A stretch of 64,000 bases of DNA from Candidatus Binatia bacterium (GCA_050735975.1 JBOHVS010000376.1:2986-66985); one strand, 5' to 3'. Counted from the first letter of the stretch, positions 28,294-37,834 are shown. Translations and numbers: made by a program. The notes: generated from the letters alone by a model not told the origin.

Positions 28294-30690
28294 ATGGACA
28301 AAGCGCCTCAATTTCTTAGCAGTTATAGAGCGCTGGACTTAACCGGCCTCGCTGGGCAGCTTTGCGGCCGTGTGCTGGCTGATCTTGGAATGGAAGTTAT
28401 AAAGGTCGAGGGGCCCGGCGGCGATCCAGTTAGAAGATTGGAACCTGTCGCGGAGTTAGGCGGGACTTCCTTAAGCCTTCCATTCGCTCATTTGAACGCC
28501 AACAAAACGAGCATGGTGCTCGATCTCCAAAATGCCCAAGGGCGAGAGACGTTCTTGCGTCTGGCCGAAAATGCTGACGTGGTTCTTGAGAGCTTTTCGC
28601 CGGGATTCATGGATTCGCTGGGCTTCGGGTACAAGCAGCTCGCGGAGGTTAATCCGCGGCTGGTAATGGCCTCGATCACCGGCTTTGGTCAAACCGGTCC
28701 AGGCAAGAACTACCCTTGCGCTGATATCGTCGCGGCGGCGATGGGTGGGCTGATGTATATTTCAGGGGATCCATCATTGCCTCCGTGCAAGGCGCCGGAA
28801 ACACAAGCTTACTACTTCGGCAGCCTCTTCGCCGCGATAGGGGTATTGGCCGCTCTGTACCATCGCGAGCAGTGCGGTCGCGGGGACTACGTCGACGTGT
28901 CCATGCAGGAGGCCCTGGCAACTCACGAGCATCTCATACGCCTCTACGCAAACGAAGGTCAAATCGTCAGACGGCAAGGGAGCCAGCACGGGCAGGTGGC
29001 CCCGGCGAGAATTTTTCCCTGTAAGGATGGGTATGTCTATCTATATGTTACGCGCCAGCATTGGAAGCTTTTTCTTGAGCTTTGGACTGGTCATCCGGTA
29101 GAGATGGACGGCGCGGAATGGGCGAACAATTTATACCGGCGGGCGCGCGTCGAGCAGATCAATCAACTGGTCTCGGAATTTACGAAGCAATACACGAAGG
29201 CAGAACTGACGGAGCTGTGCCAGGCGCGCGGTCTTCCGTGCACTCCCGTTAACAGGCCGGGTGATTTTATCCGCGACGAACAGGTTCGGACGCGCGGCTT
29301 TGTCTCGGAGATTCAATATCCTTTCGGCAAAGTCGAGCAGGTGGCGGCGCCGTTTCTAATAAACGGCAGCCGGCCGGAAGTGAGGCCGGCGCCCGCTCTC
29401 GGCGATTGCCAGCACGCGGCGCAGAATCGAGATCGCAATTCAGCGGAGCAAATGACAGCCAACGCTGCGAATGGTGGCGCGGGTGCGAGCCCTCCGTTGA
29501 AGGGAATGAGAATCGTCAGCTTCGATCATGTTCTAGCGGGTCCTTACGGCACGACGATTCTGGCCGAGCTAGGCGCCGACGTGATCAAGGTCGAATCCCG
29601 TAAGGGCGGATTGGACCCGTTCAGATTTTTCGGCACGGGCGAGGATCCGAATCTCTCTCCTCGGTTTCTCGAATTCAATCGCAACAAGCGATCGATTACA
29701 GTGAATCTCAAGACTGCCGATGGGCCAAAGATCATTCTAGACTTGGTGCGCCATTCGGACGCCGTGCTCGATAATTACAGCGTGGACGTTATGTCTAAAT
29801 TTGGGCTGGGCTACGACGATCTTTGCCGCGCCAGACCGGATATCATCAATTTGAGAATGCCCGGACTCGGCTGCACGGGTCCGAAGCGATACTACTCTAC
29901 TGTCGGCGTGAACATCACCGCATTCACTGGTCTGACCTATCTCTGGAATCATCCGGGCAAAACCAATCCACCGATCGGGTCGCAAACGGTCTTTCCCGAC
30001 TACGTCTCGGGGGTGCTGGCAGCGATCTTGGTCGTGGCGGGCGTTTTATACCGCAAACGGGCGCAAAAGGGCGCTTTCATCGACATGTCTCAAGGCGAGG
30101 TGACGGCCTATATGATCGGCGCGAGCCTGATGGAGGCAAAGGCTTTGGGCCGCGAGCCCGAGCCCATGGGCAACCATTCCGCGTTTGCGGCGCCGCATCA
30201 CTGCTACCCTTGTAAGGGAGAGGAACGTTGGTGCGTCATCGCTGTCGAGAATGAGGAACAGTGGCGCTCGCTGGCTGAAACTCTCGGCCAAGACGTCGAG
30301 CGCGATCAACGATTCAAAACCGTGGAGCAGCGGCTTCGGCATCGGGACGAGCTGGACGCTCTGATCGCGCAATGGACCCGAGAGAGGGACTGCTATGAAG
30401 TCATGCGCGCTCTGCAGAGAGTCGGCGTTCCCTGCGGTGTCGTGCAGAACGGCGCCGATTTGACCGCCGATCCTCATCTTAGAGAACGAGGTTTCATCAT
30501 CGGAGTCGAAAATGCGAGGCTGGGACGAGTGGTGTTGCCGAGTTTTCCGCTACGATTCGCCAACGCGAAATTAGATCCGAGATGGGAATTCCCGGAGCTC
30601 GGGCGTGACAATGAAGCGGTGCTGCGCGACGTCCTCGGCTACACCGGTGAAAAGATCGAGGGGCTTGCCACCAGGAATGTGTTGGCATAG
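28294..30690 (+). CDS. Family III (CaiB/BaiF) CoA-transferase, tandem A-B two-module fusion
   Basis: 798 aa. Module A is about residues 1-375 and module B about 400-798, joined by a low-complexity linker (...NRDRNSAEQMTANAANGGAGASPP...). Each module has the N-terminal Rossmann-like (L/V)xDLxxxxAG / GxxVIKVE signature. Confidence 0.9.
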   Translation: MDKAPQFLSSYRALDLTGLAGQLCGRVLADLGMEVIKVEGPGGDPVRRLEPVAELGGTSLSLPFAHLNANKTSMVLDLQNAQGRETFLRLAENADVVLESFSPGFMDSLGFGYKQLAEVNPRLVMASITGFGQTGPGKNYPCADIVAAAMGGLMYISGDPSLPPCKAPETQAYYFGSLFAAIGVLAALYHREQCGRGDYVDVSMQEALATHEHLIRLYANEGQIVRRQGSQHGQVAPARIFPCKDGYVYLYVTRQHWKLFLELWTGHPVEMDGAEWANNLYRRARVEQINQLVSEFTKQYTKAELTELCQARGLPCTPVNRPGDFIRDEQVRTRGFVSEIQYPFGKVEQVAAPFLINGSRPEVRPAPALGDCQHAAQNRDRNSAEQMTANAANGGAGASPPLKGMRIVSFDHVLAGPYGTTILAELGADVIKVESRKGGLDPFRFFGTGEDPNLSPRFLEFNRNKRSITVNLKTADGPKIILDLVRHSDAVLDNYSVDVMSKFGLGYDDLCRARPDIINLRMPGLGCTGPKRYYSTVGVNITAFTGLTYLWNHPGKTNPPIGSQTVFPDYVSGVLAAILVVAGVLYRKRAQKGAFIDMSQGEVTAYMIGASLMEAKALGREPEPMGNHSAFAAPHHCYPCKGEERWCVIAVENEEQWRSLAETLGQDVERDQRFKTVEQRLRHRDELDALIAQWTRERDCYEVMRALQRVGVPCGVVQNGADLTADPHLRERGFIIGVENARLGRVVLPSFPLRFANAKLDPRWEFPELGRDNEAVLRDVLGYTGEKIEGLATRNVLA

Positions 30691-30734
30691 AAGCGAATGA
30701 GCCAAGCAAACGTAAATCCGCAAGGAGGTGTCGG

Positions 30735-31775
30735 ATGAAAATGTTCATTTTAGCGGTCTTTTGTCTATGGGCCGCCAGTTCATCGGCTGCGGCGCAGGGG
30801 AAACCATCAAAGGTAGCCGAGCTCGGCGCCTACTCGGGAGCGGATCGCCAAAAAATTCTTGAGGCAGGAGCCAAGAAGGAAGGCAAGGTGGTTTGGTATA
30901 CGACCCTGATCGCTTACAAGGAAATCGTAAAGCTTTTTGAGGGGAAGTATCCGGGAATAAAGGTTGAGGCCTACCGATCTAACTCTACCGATCTCCTTAA
31001 AAGGTTCCTGGCGGAAGCGCAGGCGGGACGCCATTTAGTGGACGTTATAGAAACCACTCCTCCTTCCCTAATGGCCGGACGGGACGCCAAACTTCTTGCG
31101 CCGTATTTCTCGCCCCATTTGAAATTATATCCGGATGACTCCAAAGAAGAAGCCGGTAAGGGAACGGTTTTTTGGACAACGGACCGTGAATCCTTGATCG
31201 GTCTGGGCTACAACAAAAACCACATCAAGACGGCGGATGTTCCGAAAAATTTTGCCGATCTCTTGAAGCCCGAATACAAAGGAAAGTTCGCCGTCAGCGG
31301 GGACGCCACGGGAGCCCGAATGATCGGCGCTATGTTGCGCGCCAAAGGCGAAGAATTCGTTAAACGGCTAAAGGATCTGGATGTCAAAATGCACATGGTA
31401 TCAGGAGGGGCGCTTCAAGAGTTGCTCGCCGCGGGCGAAATGGCGATGTCGTTTTCCATTTTTCGTAATCACGTACAGGTCACTCAGGGCAAAGGTGGGC
31501 CGACCGAGTGGGTTCCCCTTGACCTGGTGGTGGCGAATGCGGGAGGCGCGGCTCTGCCGGCTCATACCAACAATCCCCATGCGTCGCTCCTGTTTATCGA
31601 TTTTCTCATCAGTCCGGAAGGACAAGATCTGCTGGCGGAAAAATTCAAGTACGCGAGTTCTATGAAACAATACCCATTCAAGCGCTGGTATCCGGAAAAG
31701 GGCCTGACGACGGACCAATATGAAAAGAACTTCAACAAATGGCAGAAGCTGCTGCGGCAAATTGCACGACGATGA
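30735..31775 (+). CDS. ABC transporter periplasmic substrate-binding protein (family 1, Fe3+/thiamine/polyamine-like)
   Basis: Signal peptide MKMFILAVFCLWAASSSAAAQ. SBP_bac_1-like pattern (VVWYTT..., AGRHLVDVIE). Confidence 0.85.
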   Translation: MKMFILAVFCLWAASSSAAAQGKPSKVAELGAYSGADRQKILEAGAKKEGKVVWYTTLIAYKEIVKLFEGKYPGIKVEAYRSNSTDLLKRFLAEAQAGRHLVDVIETTPPSLMAGRDAKLLAPYFSPHLKLYPDDSKEEAGKGTVFWTTDRESLIGLGYNKNHIKTADVPKNFADLLKPEYKGKFAVSGDATGARMIGAMLRAKGEEFVKRLKDLDVKMHMVSGGALQELLAAGEMAMSFSIFRNHVQVTQGKGGPTEWVPLDLVVANAGGAALPAHTNNPHASLLFIDFLISPEGQDLLAEKFKYASSMKQYPFKRWYPEKGLTTDQYEKNFNKWQKLLRQIARR

Positions 31776-31804
31776 TACAGCCGTCCATCGGTTAAACGTG
31801 AATC

Positions 31805-33541
31805 ATGAGCCGGGCGCTGGAGATCAGTCCGCGAGTTTGGGCCCGGAGTTCGGGGCGAGCGTCTAACCCCAACTTCTGGCTGTTTATCGTAACAGCGGCT
31901 GTTCTCGTTTATCTTGTCGTTCCACCGTTTTTCTTTATCCTCTCGGCAAGCTTTACAGCCGAGACCGGCACCAACGTCGGCGAGCTGACCTTAAAACATT
32001 ACGCCAGCATTGTAGGTTCGGTGGATGATTTCGGTGTCCTGCTCTGGAATTCGTTTGTTTTTTCCGTTGGCAGCGCGCTTGGAGCGTTGTTCTTTGGCAC
32101 TCTTCTGGCGTGGCTGGCGGAGCGCACCAATGCTCCCTTTCAAAGTGTCGCCTACGTTTCCGCGTTCGTCTCCTTCGGAATCCCGGGGATTGTTAAAGTC
32201 ATAGGTTGGATACTTTTGTTGGGGCCGGAAGCGGGTCTGATCAACGTTATCGCCGAAGACCTCACTGGCATCTCGCCGGTATTTAATCTTTTTTCCATGC
32301 CGGGAATGATCATGGTGGAGGCCTTCGTCTGGACGCCGGTGGTTTTCTTGCTTATGGCAACTCCGTTCCGATCCATGGATCCGACTCTGGAGGAAGCGGC
32401 GCTGACGGCGGGAAGCAATAACTGGCAGGTCTTCCGCAGGGTGACTCTTCCCCTGGCCCTGCCGAGTGTGCTCGCGGTATTGATCTTAACCTTCGTCCGT
32501 TCGCTGGAGGCCTTCGAGATTCCAGCTCTAATAGGGCTGCCGGCAGGCGTCGAAGTTCTGACTACGAAGATTTATCTCCAGATTCGAACCGGCTTTCTGC
32601 CGAGATACGGCGAAGCGAGCGCCTATTCCGTCCTATTGATCGCGCTCGTCGGCGTGGTTTTGCTTTTCTATCATCGCGTAACTTCGCAGGGCTATAAGTT
32701 TTCAACCGTTACCGGAAAAGGCTTCCGACCCCGGCGAATCGATCTGCGTTTTTGGCGCTGGCTGGGTGGAGCGATTCTGCTGATCCTTCCTCTACTGCAG
32801 ATTCTTCCACTGGTGGCTTTGACGTGGTCGTCCTTTCTGCCATACGTCCAGCCGCCGTCCCAAAAGGCCCTGGCGGCTCTCTCATTGGACAACTACTCGT
32901 CGGCTTTCAGCGACGGCGCAATCATCTGGGCGGTGTTGAACAGTCTTTTTGTCAGCGTGACATCCGCGACTGCGGTGGTGGCGGTAACCTTCGTCGCCGC
33001 TTGGGTCGTGGTGCGGACGAATATCTCAAAGCGCTGGACGCTAGACCATTTGGCGACCGTCCCTTTAGTGTTTCCGGGACTCGTTATGGGTGTGGCTATT
33101 TTGAAGATGTATCTAACTTTGCCGGTGCCCATATACGGAACTCTATGGATTATCTTCTTCGCATTTTTGGTTCGATATCTTCCTTACGGCATTCGCTTTA
33201 GTTATGCGGGACTGCTGAGCATTCATCGAGAACTCGAGGAGAGTTCCGCAACGTGCGGCGGCAACTGGAGGCAAACGGTCAGAAAAATTCTCTTTCCGCT
33301 GATGCTGCCCACTCTGTTCGCCGGCTGGATCTACGTCTTTCTCATCACCATTCGAGAGCTGTCGGTGGCACTGCTGCTGTACAGTCCGGGCTCCCAAGTC
33401 GTAGCGGTTGTCATTTGGGAGCTTTGGGATAATGGAAGAATTGGCGAAGTGGCGGCGTTTAGCTTGGTCTTCACTCTCGGTACGGTGTTGCTCGCAGCTT
33501 TCTTCAAGCGACTCGCTCACCAACACAGCCTCAACGTCTAG
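31805..33541 (+). CDS. ABC transporter permease, duplicated BPD-type (FbpB/ThiP-like)
   Basis: 578 aa with about 12 TM segments and two EAA-like loops (MDPTLEEAALTAGSNNWQVFRRVTLP and HRELEESSATCGGNWRQTVRKILFP). Confidence 0.85.
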   Translation: MSRALEISPRVWARSSGRASNPNFWLFIVTAAVLVYLVVPPFFFILSASFTAETGTNVGELTLKHYASIVGSVDDFGVLLWNSFVFSVGSALGALFFGTLLAWLAERTNAPFQSVAYVSAFVSFGIPGIVKVIGWILLLGPEAGLINVIAEDLTGISPVFNLFSMPGMIMVEAFVWTPVVFLLMATPFRSMDPTLEEAALTAGSNNWQVFRRVTLPLALPSVLAVLILTFVRSLEAFEIPALIGLPAGVEVLTTKIYLQIRTGFLPRYGEASAYSVLLIALVGVVLLFYHRVTSQGYKFSTVTGKGFRPRRIDLRFWRWLGGAILLILPLLQILPLVALTWSSFLPYVQPPSQKALAALSLDNYSSAFSDGAIIWAVLNSLFVSVTSATAVVAVTFVAAWVVVRTNISKRWTLDHLATVPLVFPGLVMGVAILKMYLTLPVPIYGTLWIIFFAFLVRYLPYGIRFSYAGLLSIHRELEESSATCGGNWRQTVRKILFPLMLPTLFAGWIYVFLITIRELSVALLLYSPGSQVVAVVIWELWDNGRIGEVAAFSLVFTLGTVLLAAFFKRLAHQHSLNV

Positions 33542-33550
33542 CCCGAATTA

Positions 33551-33602
33551 TGTCCGGACATTTTTCAATCTGCAATTTACAGTTTGCATTTTGCAATGCA
33601 TG
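33551..33602. repeat. Family R4 (TGCAAA/TTGCA-rich)
   Basis: The reverse complement of 33551-33600 matches 47611-47660 at 46 of 50 positions (counted by hand). Confidence 0.85.
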
Positions 33603-33730
33603 AATAATACGACTTAGCGCCCACCGTTTTGCGTAGTCTTTCTTCTTCAGTCGATTGACAGGATACACCCCTTGGAGTAGACGTGGCTCAGCGAAGTCAT
33701 TGCGCCGAAAAACAACGCAAGGAGGTATCG

Positions 33731-34726
33731 ATGATGACGAAGATCGCCTCGGCTGTTCTCGCCGTTCTATTCTCCGGCTTTTTGAGCAACGGAGTTGCGG
33801 CCACCCTTGATCAAGCCAAAAAAGAAAGGACCGTAGTCCTTTACGGCGCAGGCAATGTTGAGCACTGGCAGAAGCTTAACACGGCCTTTCAAAAGAAGTA
33901 CCCGTTTCTCAAAGTCGAGATGTTTCGCGGCAATTGGGAGAAAGTGCGAAATCGCGTTATGACCGAGGGACGCGCGGGCAGTCATTTCGTTGATGTCCTG
34001 CAGATCGACGGCATCAACGGCTGGGTGCTCAAGGAGGAGGGTTATCTTCAGGCCCACAAGTCCGCCGAAACGGAAGCTTTCCCGGAAGCATTTCGTGATC
34101 CGTCGGGCATGCTTCCCTGTTGCCTTGACACGCTTACCAATGTCATCGGTTTCAACACTAGCCTTGTAAAAAAGAACGACGCGCCCAAGAGCTATCAAGA
34201 TCTCCTCAATCCCCGATGGAAAAACAAGCTTGGGATGGATGCCGACGAGGGCGAGTGGTTCGCGGGGCTGGTTACGGTATGGGGAAAAGAAAAAACCGTT
34301 GACTACTTCCGGACCTTGATGAAACAAAATCCGTCGTTGCGCCGGGGGCACACGCTGCTTGCGAATCTTACCGGCGCCGGTGAGTTTCCCGTCGCCGTGA
34401 ATTTGTTCGGTTACCGTGTTATGGAAATGAAGGCTCAAAGCGCAACCATTGACTTGATTAAAGCGGATCCACTCATGGTTCGGCCGGCGCATATGGCGCT
34501 GGCACGGCGAGCCCCCCATCCGAATGCCGGGCGACTTTATATTGATTTCGCTCTTTCCGTTGAAGGACAACAGATCATGGCGTCCTTAGGTCGGACCGTT
34601 GTCCGTCCGGGAGTGAAGCCCAAGTATCCTGAATTGACGGAAGGATTGAAGCTTTATCCTATCAAGCCCGAGATGGCCAAGAATTACGAGGAGCTTTCGA
34701 AACTGTATTACTCGATTGTGAAGTAG
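33731..34726 (+). CDS. ABC transporter periplasmic substrate-binding protein, paralogue of 30735..31775
   Basis: ATG at 33731 after GGAGG. Signal peptide MMTKIASAVLAVLFSGFLSNGVAA. AGSHFVDVLQ parallels AGRHLVDVIE in the first SBP. Confidence 0.85.
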   Translation: MMTKIASAVLAVLFSGFLSNGVAATLDQAKKERTVVLYGAGNVEHWQKLNTAFQKKYPFLKVEMFRGNWEKVRNRVMTEGRAGSHFVDVLQIDGINGWVLKEEGYLQAHKSAETEAFPEAFRDPSGMLPCCLDTLTNVIGFNTSLVKKNDAPKSYQDLLNPRWKNKLGMDADEGEWFAGLVTVWGKEKTVDYFRTLMKQNPSLRRGHTLLANLTGAGEFPVAVNLFGYRVMEMKAQSATIDLIKADPLMVRPAHMALARRAPHPNAGRLYIDFALSVEGQQIMASLGRTVVRPGVKPKYPELTEGLKLYPIKPEMAKNYEELSKLYYSIVK

Positions 34727-34757
34727 ACAGCGACGATATGAAGAGGAGGAAACGACG

Positions 34758-35579
34758 ATGGCTGAGTATCAAACTCTTTTAGTCAACAAGAATGACGGCG
34801 TGACGACGGTCACATTGAATCGCCCGGAGAAGCGGAACGCTATGAGCCCGCAGCTCCATCGAGAGATGTATGATCTGCTCAACGATCTCCGTTACGACAA
34901 GGACACGAGAGTCATCGTGATCACGGGGGCGGGAGAAAGCTTCTGCGCCGGACAGGATTTGAAGCAATATTTTCTCGAAATGGATTCTCAACCGGAACGA
35001 GTGCGGGACGAGGTGAGGGAAAAATCCCGCCAGTGGCGAAATGAGATCCTACGCAAAATGCCGCAGCCGGTGATTGCGAAGATCAACGGTTGGGTGTTTG
35101 GCGGCGGGTTCACCGTGGTAACCGGTTGCGACATCGCCATCGCGGCGGACGACGTGCAGTTCGGACTTTCGGAAGTCAATTTCGGCCATTTCCCCGGGGG
35201 TGAAGTGACCATCGTATTGACGGAGCATCTGCAGCCCAAGCACGGGCTCTACTACGCGCTCACGGGGAAAACCATGACCGCGAAAGAAGCCGAGCGCATC
35301 GGTTTGATCACCAAGGCTGTGCCGCGCGCCGATTTAGATAAAGAGGTCATGGAGATTGCGAATAACCTAAAAGAAAAGGCGCCGTCGGCGCTAAACGCCG
35401 TCAAAGAAGCGTGGTACTACACTTTCTACTCCAACCCGGAAGTCGCCTATGAAATATCCGGGTTGATTTCCGACAAGGCCAAACAAGCGATCGGCGGCCG
35501 GCCCGGATTACAACAATTCGCTCGCAAAGAATACCGGCCAGGACTCGGTTCGTATAAATTTGACGAAAAGAAGGAATAG
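34758..35579 (+). CDS. Crotonase, hydroxycinnamoyl-CoA hydratase/lyase (HCHL)-like subfamily
   Basis: VTLNRPEKRNAMSPQLHREM, GAGESFCAGQDLKQYF, NGWVFGGGF, GLSEVNFGHFPGG, C-terminal ...QQFARKEYRPGLGSYKF, which resembles the HCHL tail. Confidence 0.85.
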   Translation: MAEYQTLLVNKNDGVTTVTLNRPEKRNAMSPQLHREMYDLLNDLRYDKDTRVIVITGAGESFCAGQDLKQYFLEMDSQPERVRDEVREKSRQWRNEILRKMPQPVIAKINGWVFGGGFTVVTGCDIAIAADDVQFGLSEVNFGHFPGGEVTIVLTEHLQPKHGLYYALTGKTMTAKEAERIGLITKAVPRADLDKEVMEIANNLKEKAPSALNAVKEAWYYTFYSNPEVAYEISGLISDKAKQAIGGRPGLQQFARKEYRPGLGSYKFDEKKE

Positions 35580-35657
35580 ATCACGGGATTTTATTTCTTG
35601 CACTCCAGAAGTGTGAAAACATTTCATGTTGCCAACCGTAGTGACAAAAAACCTTTA

Positions 35658-35778
35658 TCGCGCCAAGACGCCAAGAACGCAAAGAAAATTCTTTTTTTCT
35701 TCGAACTTGGCGGCCTTTGCGCCTTTGCGCGGGACACTGAATCGGAAATCGCAAATCTAAAATCCAAAATTAAAAGTG
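35658..35778. repeat. Composite R6 + R5
   Basis: CGCCAAGACGCCAAG (35661-35675, identical to 13681-13695) ... TTGGCGGCCTTTGCGCCTTTGCGCG, then AATCTAAAATCCAAAAT. Confidence 0.8.
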
Positions 35779-35786
35779 GGGAAGTA

Positions 35787-36941
35787 ATGGATTTCCGATT
35801 GCCCGAAGAGCTGCAGATGCTGAAAGACACGGTCAGGAAGTTCGTCGACAACGAGCTGATTCCGATCGAGATGCACAGCCAGGAAGATAATGAGCTCAAG
35901 CCCGAGATCCGTGAGAGATTGGAAAAGAAGACTAAAGAGATGGGGTTGTGGATGTTCGATGTGCCGGAAGAGTATGGCGGCGCGGGGCTCGGCAGTCTGG
36001 CGCAAGTCTTGGTATGGGAAGAGATGTGCCGCACCATCGCCCTCCCGTCGCGCGGGCAGGGAATATTCGGACCGGAAGTGCGGCCGATTCTCTATGCGCT
36101 GAACGACGAACAAAAACAGCGCTTCTTCTATCCGATCCTTAGAGGCGAGAAGCATTTGTGTTTCATGCAGACCGAGCCCGATGCCGGCTCTGACCCGGGG
36201 TCGATGAAGACGCGCGCCGTGCGCCAAGGAGATCAGTACGTCGTCAACGGCACCAAGCGCTTCATTACCGGAGCGGACAAAGCGGATTTTGGCCAGCTTA
36301 TGGCCGTGACCGACCCGAGTAAAGGCTCGCATGGGGGCATCTCTTGCTTCATGGTCGATATGAAATCGCCGGGGCTCAAGATCACTGCCAGATATAAGAC
36401 CATGATGGGCGAAGAGCCGTGCGAGATCGTTTTTGACGATCTCAAAGTGCCGGCCCAGAATCTCGTGGGCGGAGAAGGCGAGGGCTTCAAGCTGGCGCAA
36501 AAGTGGCTCGGTATCGGTCGCCTGAAACATGGCGCGCGCGCTTTGGGCGTCTCGGAGCGCTGCATCGAAATGGGCTCGCGCTACGCGAAGCAGCGCGTCA
36601 CGTTCGGCAAGCCGCTTTCCGAACGGCAGGGGATCACTTTTAAACTTGCCGATTCTTACGTTGAACTGCACGCGGCGCGTCTGATGGTCTACCAGGCTGC
36701 GTGGAAGAACGACCAAAGAGAAGACATCCGCACCGAAGCCTACATGGCCAAGATGTTCGCCGACGAAATGTCCTTCCGCGTCGTCGATCGCGTGCTGCAG
36801 ATTCACGGCGGCATCGGTCTGACGCTGGATCTGCCGCTAGCAAAGTGGTTTGTCGATCAGCGCAGCCGGATGATTACCGAAGGCGCGTCCGAAGTTATGC
36901 GCATGGTCATCGCCCGGGAAGTTTTAAAGAAATACAGTTAA
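35787..36941 (+). CDS. Acyl-CoA dehydrogenase
   Basis: ATG at 35787 gives MDFRLPEELQMLKDTVRKFVD, parallel to the 42133 paralogue. The upstream 63 codons of ORF 35598 are repeat sequence. QTEPDAGSDPGS, ITEGASEVMR. Confidence 0.9.
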   Translation: MDFRLPEELQMLKDTVRKFVDNELIPIEMHSQEDNELKPEIRERLEKKTKEMGLWMFDVPEEYGGAGLGSLAQVLVWEEMCRTIALPSRGQGIFGPEVRPILYALNDEQKQRFFYPILRGEKHLCFMQTEPDAGSDPGSMKTRAVRQGDQYVVNGTKRFITGADKADFGQLMAVTDPSKGSHGGISCFMVDMKSPGLKITARYKTMMGEEPCEIVFDDLKVPAQNLVGGEGEGFKLAQKWLGIGRLKHGARALGVSERCIEMGSRYAKQRVTFGKPLSERQGITFKLADSYVELHAARLMVYQAAWKNDQREDIRTEAYMAKMFADEMSFRVVDRVLQIHGGIGLTLDLPLAKWFVDQRSRMITEGASEVMRMVIAREVLKKYS

Positions 36942-36958
36942 CCGCGTTTCAAAACGAA

Positions 36959-37129
36959 TTCACCGCGGAGACGCTGAGGGCACGGAGAGGGAAAAGGATT
37001 TTCACCACAGAGGACACGAAGAGCGCGAAGGAAGAAAGCATCGTTTTCAAAATCGATCATTATCAGTCTTCGTGGCCTTCGTGACCTTCGTGGTGAGGAT
37101 TTCTCTGCGAACTCTGAGCCTGTGGTGAA
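36959..37129. repeat. Nested double palindrome (family R11, single copy in the window)
   Basis: Outer arms TTCACCGCGGAGACGCTGAGGGCACGGAGAG / CTCTGCGAACTCTGAGCCTGTGGTGAA. Inner arms TTCACCACAGAGGACACGAAG / CTTCGTGACCTTCGTGGTGA. Confidence 0.75.
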
Positions 37130-37155
37130 ATAACACTTGCTCCTCTGGTCGGGCT

Positions 37156-37551
37156 CTAGTTTCCCTGCGCGAAGGACAGCTCCCAACGGTTCCCGTCCGG
37201 ATCGAAGAGATTGATGGAGTAATTGATTCCGTCCCTGTGGGGCCGGACTTTTTCAATATTGGCGCCCATTTCTTTTAGCGCCACTAGAGCCTTCTCTTGC
37301 TCCTGCCATGGAATATTGAGCGTGTGATGCGGGTCGACGGCTCGCGGGCCCTTTGAGGCGTCGAAAAGATGGACTTCGAAATTGCCGAGCCGGACGTCCA
37401 CTTCCTTGACCTGGCCGGTCTTGATCTGTTGTTCATCAGGGGTAACTCGACGCACCACTTCTCCGCCCAGCACTTTCGTGTAAAATTCTTCCGCTTTACC
37501 GAGATCCTTGGCGCTCATGGCGAACGTTCTTAGTCCTTTAATGTCAAACAT
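37156..37551 (-). CDS. VOC/glyoxalase-bleomycin resistance family protein
   Basis: 131 aa with a paired beta-alpha-beta-beta-beta pattern: GLRTFAMSAKDLGKAEEFYTKVLGG ... HHTLNIPW ... FDPDGNRWEL. Confidence 0.8.
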   Translation of the reverse strand: MFDIKGLRTFAMSAKDLGKAEEFYTKVLGGEVVRRVTPDEQQIKTGQVKEVDVRLGNFEVHLFDASKGPRAVDPHHTLNIPWQEQEKALVALKEMGANIEKVRPHRDGINYSINLFDPDGNRWELSFAQGN

Positions 37552-37630
37552 GAGAAACCTCCCGAATAGGATTTTGCCCTCAGGTTATTTCCGCGCTGAC
37601 TAGGTTGTCAAGTAGCCTGAATGGAGGATA

Positions 37631-37834
37631 GTGGTTCAATTTGGCCCAAGATCCCTCACGGAGCTTGTCCTGAGACTCTTCGCTGCGCTCGGGTCCGACT
37701 ATACGCATCGCGACCCATCGATGGGGCTCGAGTTTCGAAAGTTGCTGCAAGAACGAGCCGGTCGCGGCGAGATTCCCCAATCCGCCGTGCAGAAGATTCT
37801 GTACGATAACCCTAGCGCTTTCTATGGGCTGTGA
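37631..37834 (+). pseudogene. 5'-truncated amidohydrolase_2 remnant (C-terminal ~65 aa only)
   Basis: LGSDYTHRDPS matches the family GSDYPHxD motif (compare FASDYPHWDG in 16249..17274). The terminal KILYDNPSAFYGL is the typical family C-terminus. No N-terminal barrel is encoded upstream. Confidence 0.5.

Noticed and set aside
18672-30690. Interpretation of the cluster as a benzylsuccinate (bbs-type) beta-oxidation operon
   Set aside because: Gene content is superficially similar: a heteromeric family III CoA-transferase, ACAD, crotonase, and thiolase plus DUF35. However, there are no BbsCD-type SDR dehydrogenases, the thiolase-fold protein lacks the catalytic Cys that BbsB would need, and no glycyl-radical enzyme genes are nearby.
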